DNA of 61,676 bases, the filler included, from Choristocarpus tenellus KU-1152 (taxonomy: Eukaryota > Protista > Phaeophyceae): NCBI GenBank assembly GCA_964200185.2. It is 10 parts of 10 records of this genome, joined end to end, with 100 filler letters (N's around TTAATTAATTAA, not from the genome) between each part and the next. Parts side by side here need not be neighbours in the genome. Positions count along the whole stretch, not along the records: positions 58,118 to 61,676 come from CAXNAD020019274.1; 9 more parts are not named here. One strand, given 5' to 3'. The translations under genes and the position numbers were made by a program. The notes beneath the pieces were generated by a model that saw only the letters and a list, made by a program, of their open reading frames with translations, was not told the origin of the DNA and searched no databases. This document shows positions 61,420-61,676 of this stretch, piece by piece (position 1 is the stretch's first letter; each line of letters begins with the position of its first letter).

Positions 61420-61676
61420 GAGCCAAAGTATCTTAGAGGGTAGAGCCGTGTCCATTTGGGGATCAAATCTGATATTGCAATTTTGACATAATTTTGACTG
61501 TTGTGTTTGTTAGGAAGTGTCAATACCCATGTTCTGGACACACCTTTTTATAACATACACATTTTACCTACTCCGAAATATTTCGGAGTAGGTAAAATAT
61601 CATGAAAACACCAGGGGAAGTCAAGCCCCAAATGGACAAAAAGGGCAAAAATCGTACCCTCTAAGATACTTTCACT
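61420..61676 (+). mobile_element. MITE subfamily B, nearly complete, with a perfect 38-bp palindrome
   Basis: GAGCCAAAGTATCTTAGAGGGTA...TACCCTCTAAGATACTTTCACT. Palindrome at 61561-61598. Confidence 0.92.

Overview
Eukaryotic nuclear DNA, not prokaryotic. The genes are intron-rich and two carry bipartite (signal peptide + ASAF-type) plastid presequences. This points to a photosynthetic stramenopile, probably a brown alga or close relative (inference). The window is ten contigs joined by nine identical artificial linkers (44 N + TTAATTAATTAA + 44 N), so adjacency across linkers is meaningless. Complete hand-spliced genes: plastid signal peptidase I, uroporphyrinogen-III synthase, and a Rab5/21/22-group GTPase. 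Partial genes: TauE/SafE permease, WDR3/DIP2/UTP12, NHX-type Na+/H+ exchanger, a UHRF1-like ubiquitin-domain protein, CHID1, and a head-to-head YHYH-domain pair with one pseudogenised copy. Mobile DNA includes decayed Ty3/gypsy pieces, a DIRS/Ngaro-type tyrosine-recombinase retroelement, 3' ends of an RLE-type non-LTR element and several unclassified repeats. The most striking pattern is a dense MITE family (about 18 copies or ends, three subfamilies) with shared TIRs (core CAAAGTATC), 3-4 bp target-site duplications and a 38-bp central palindrome. These MITEs nest in each other, interrupt a gypsy pol in a precisely reversible way, and sit at most contig breaks. I could not establish a wholly new biological system; the MITE family is the strongest lead.
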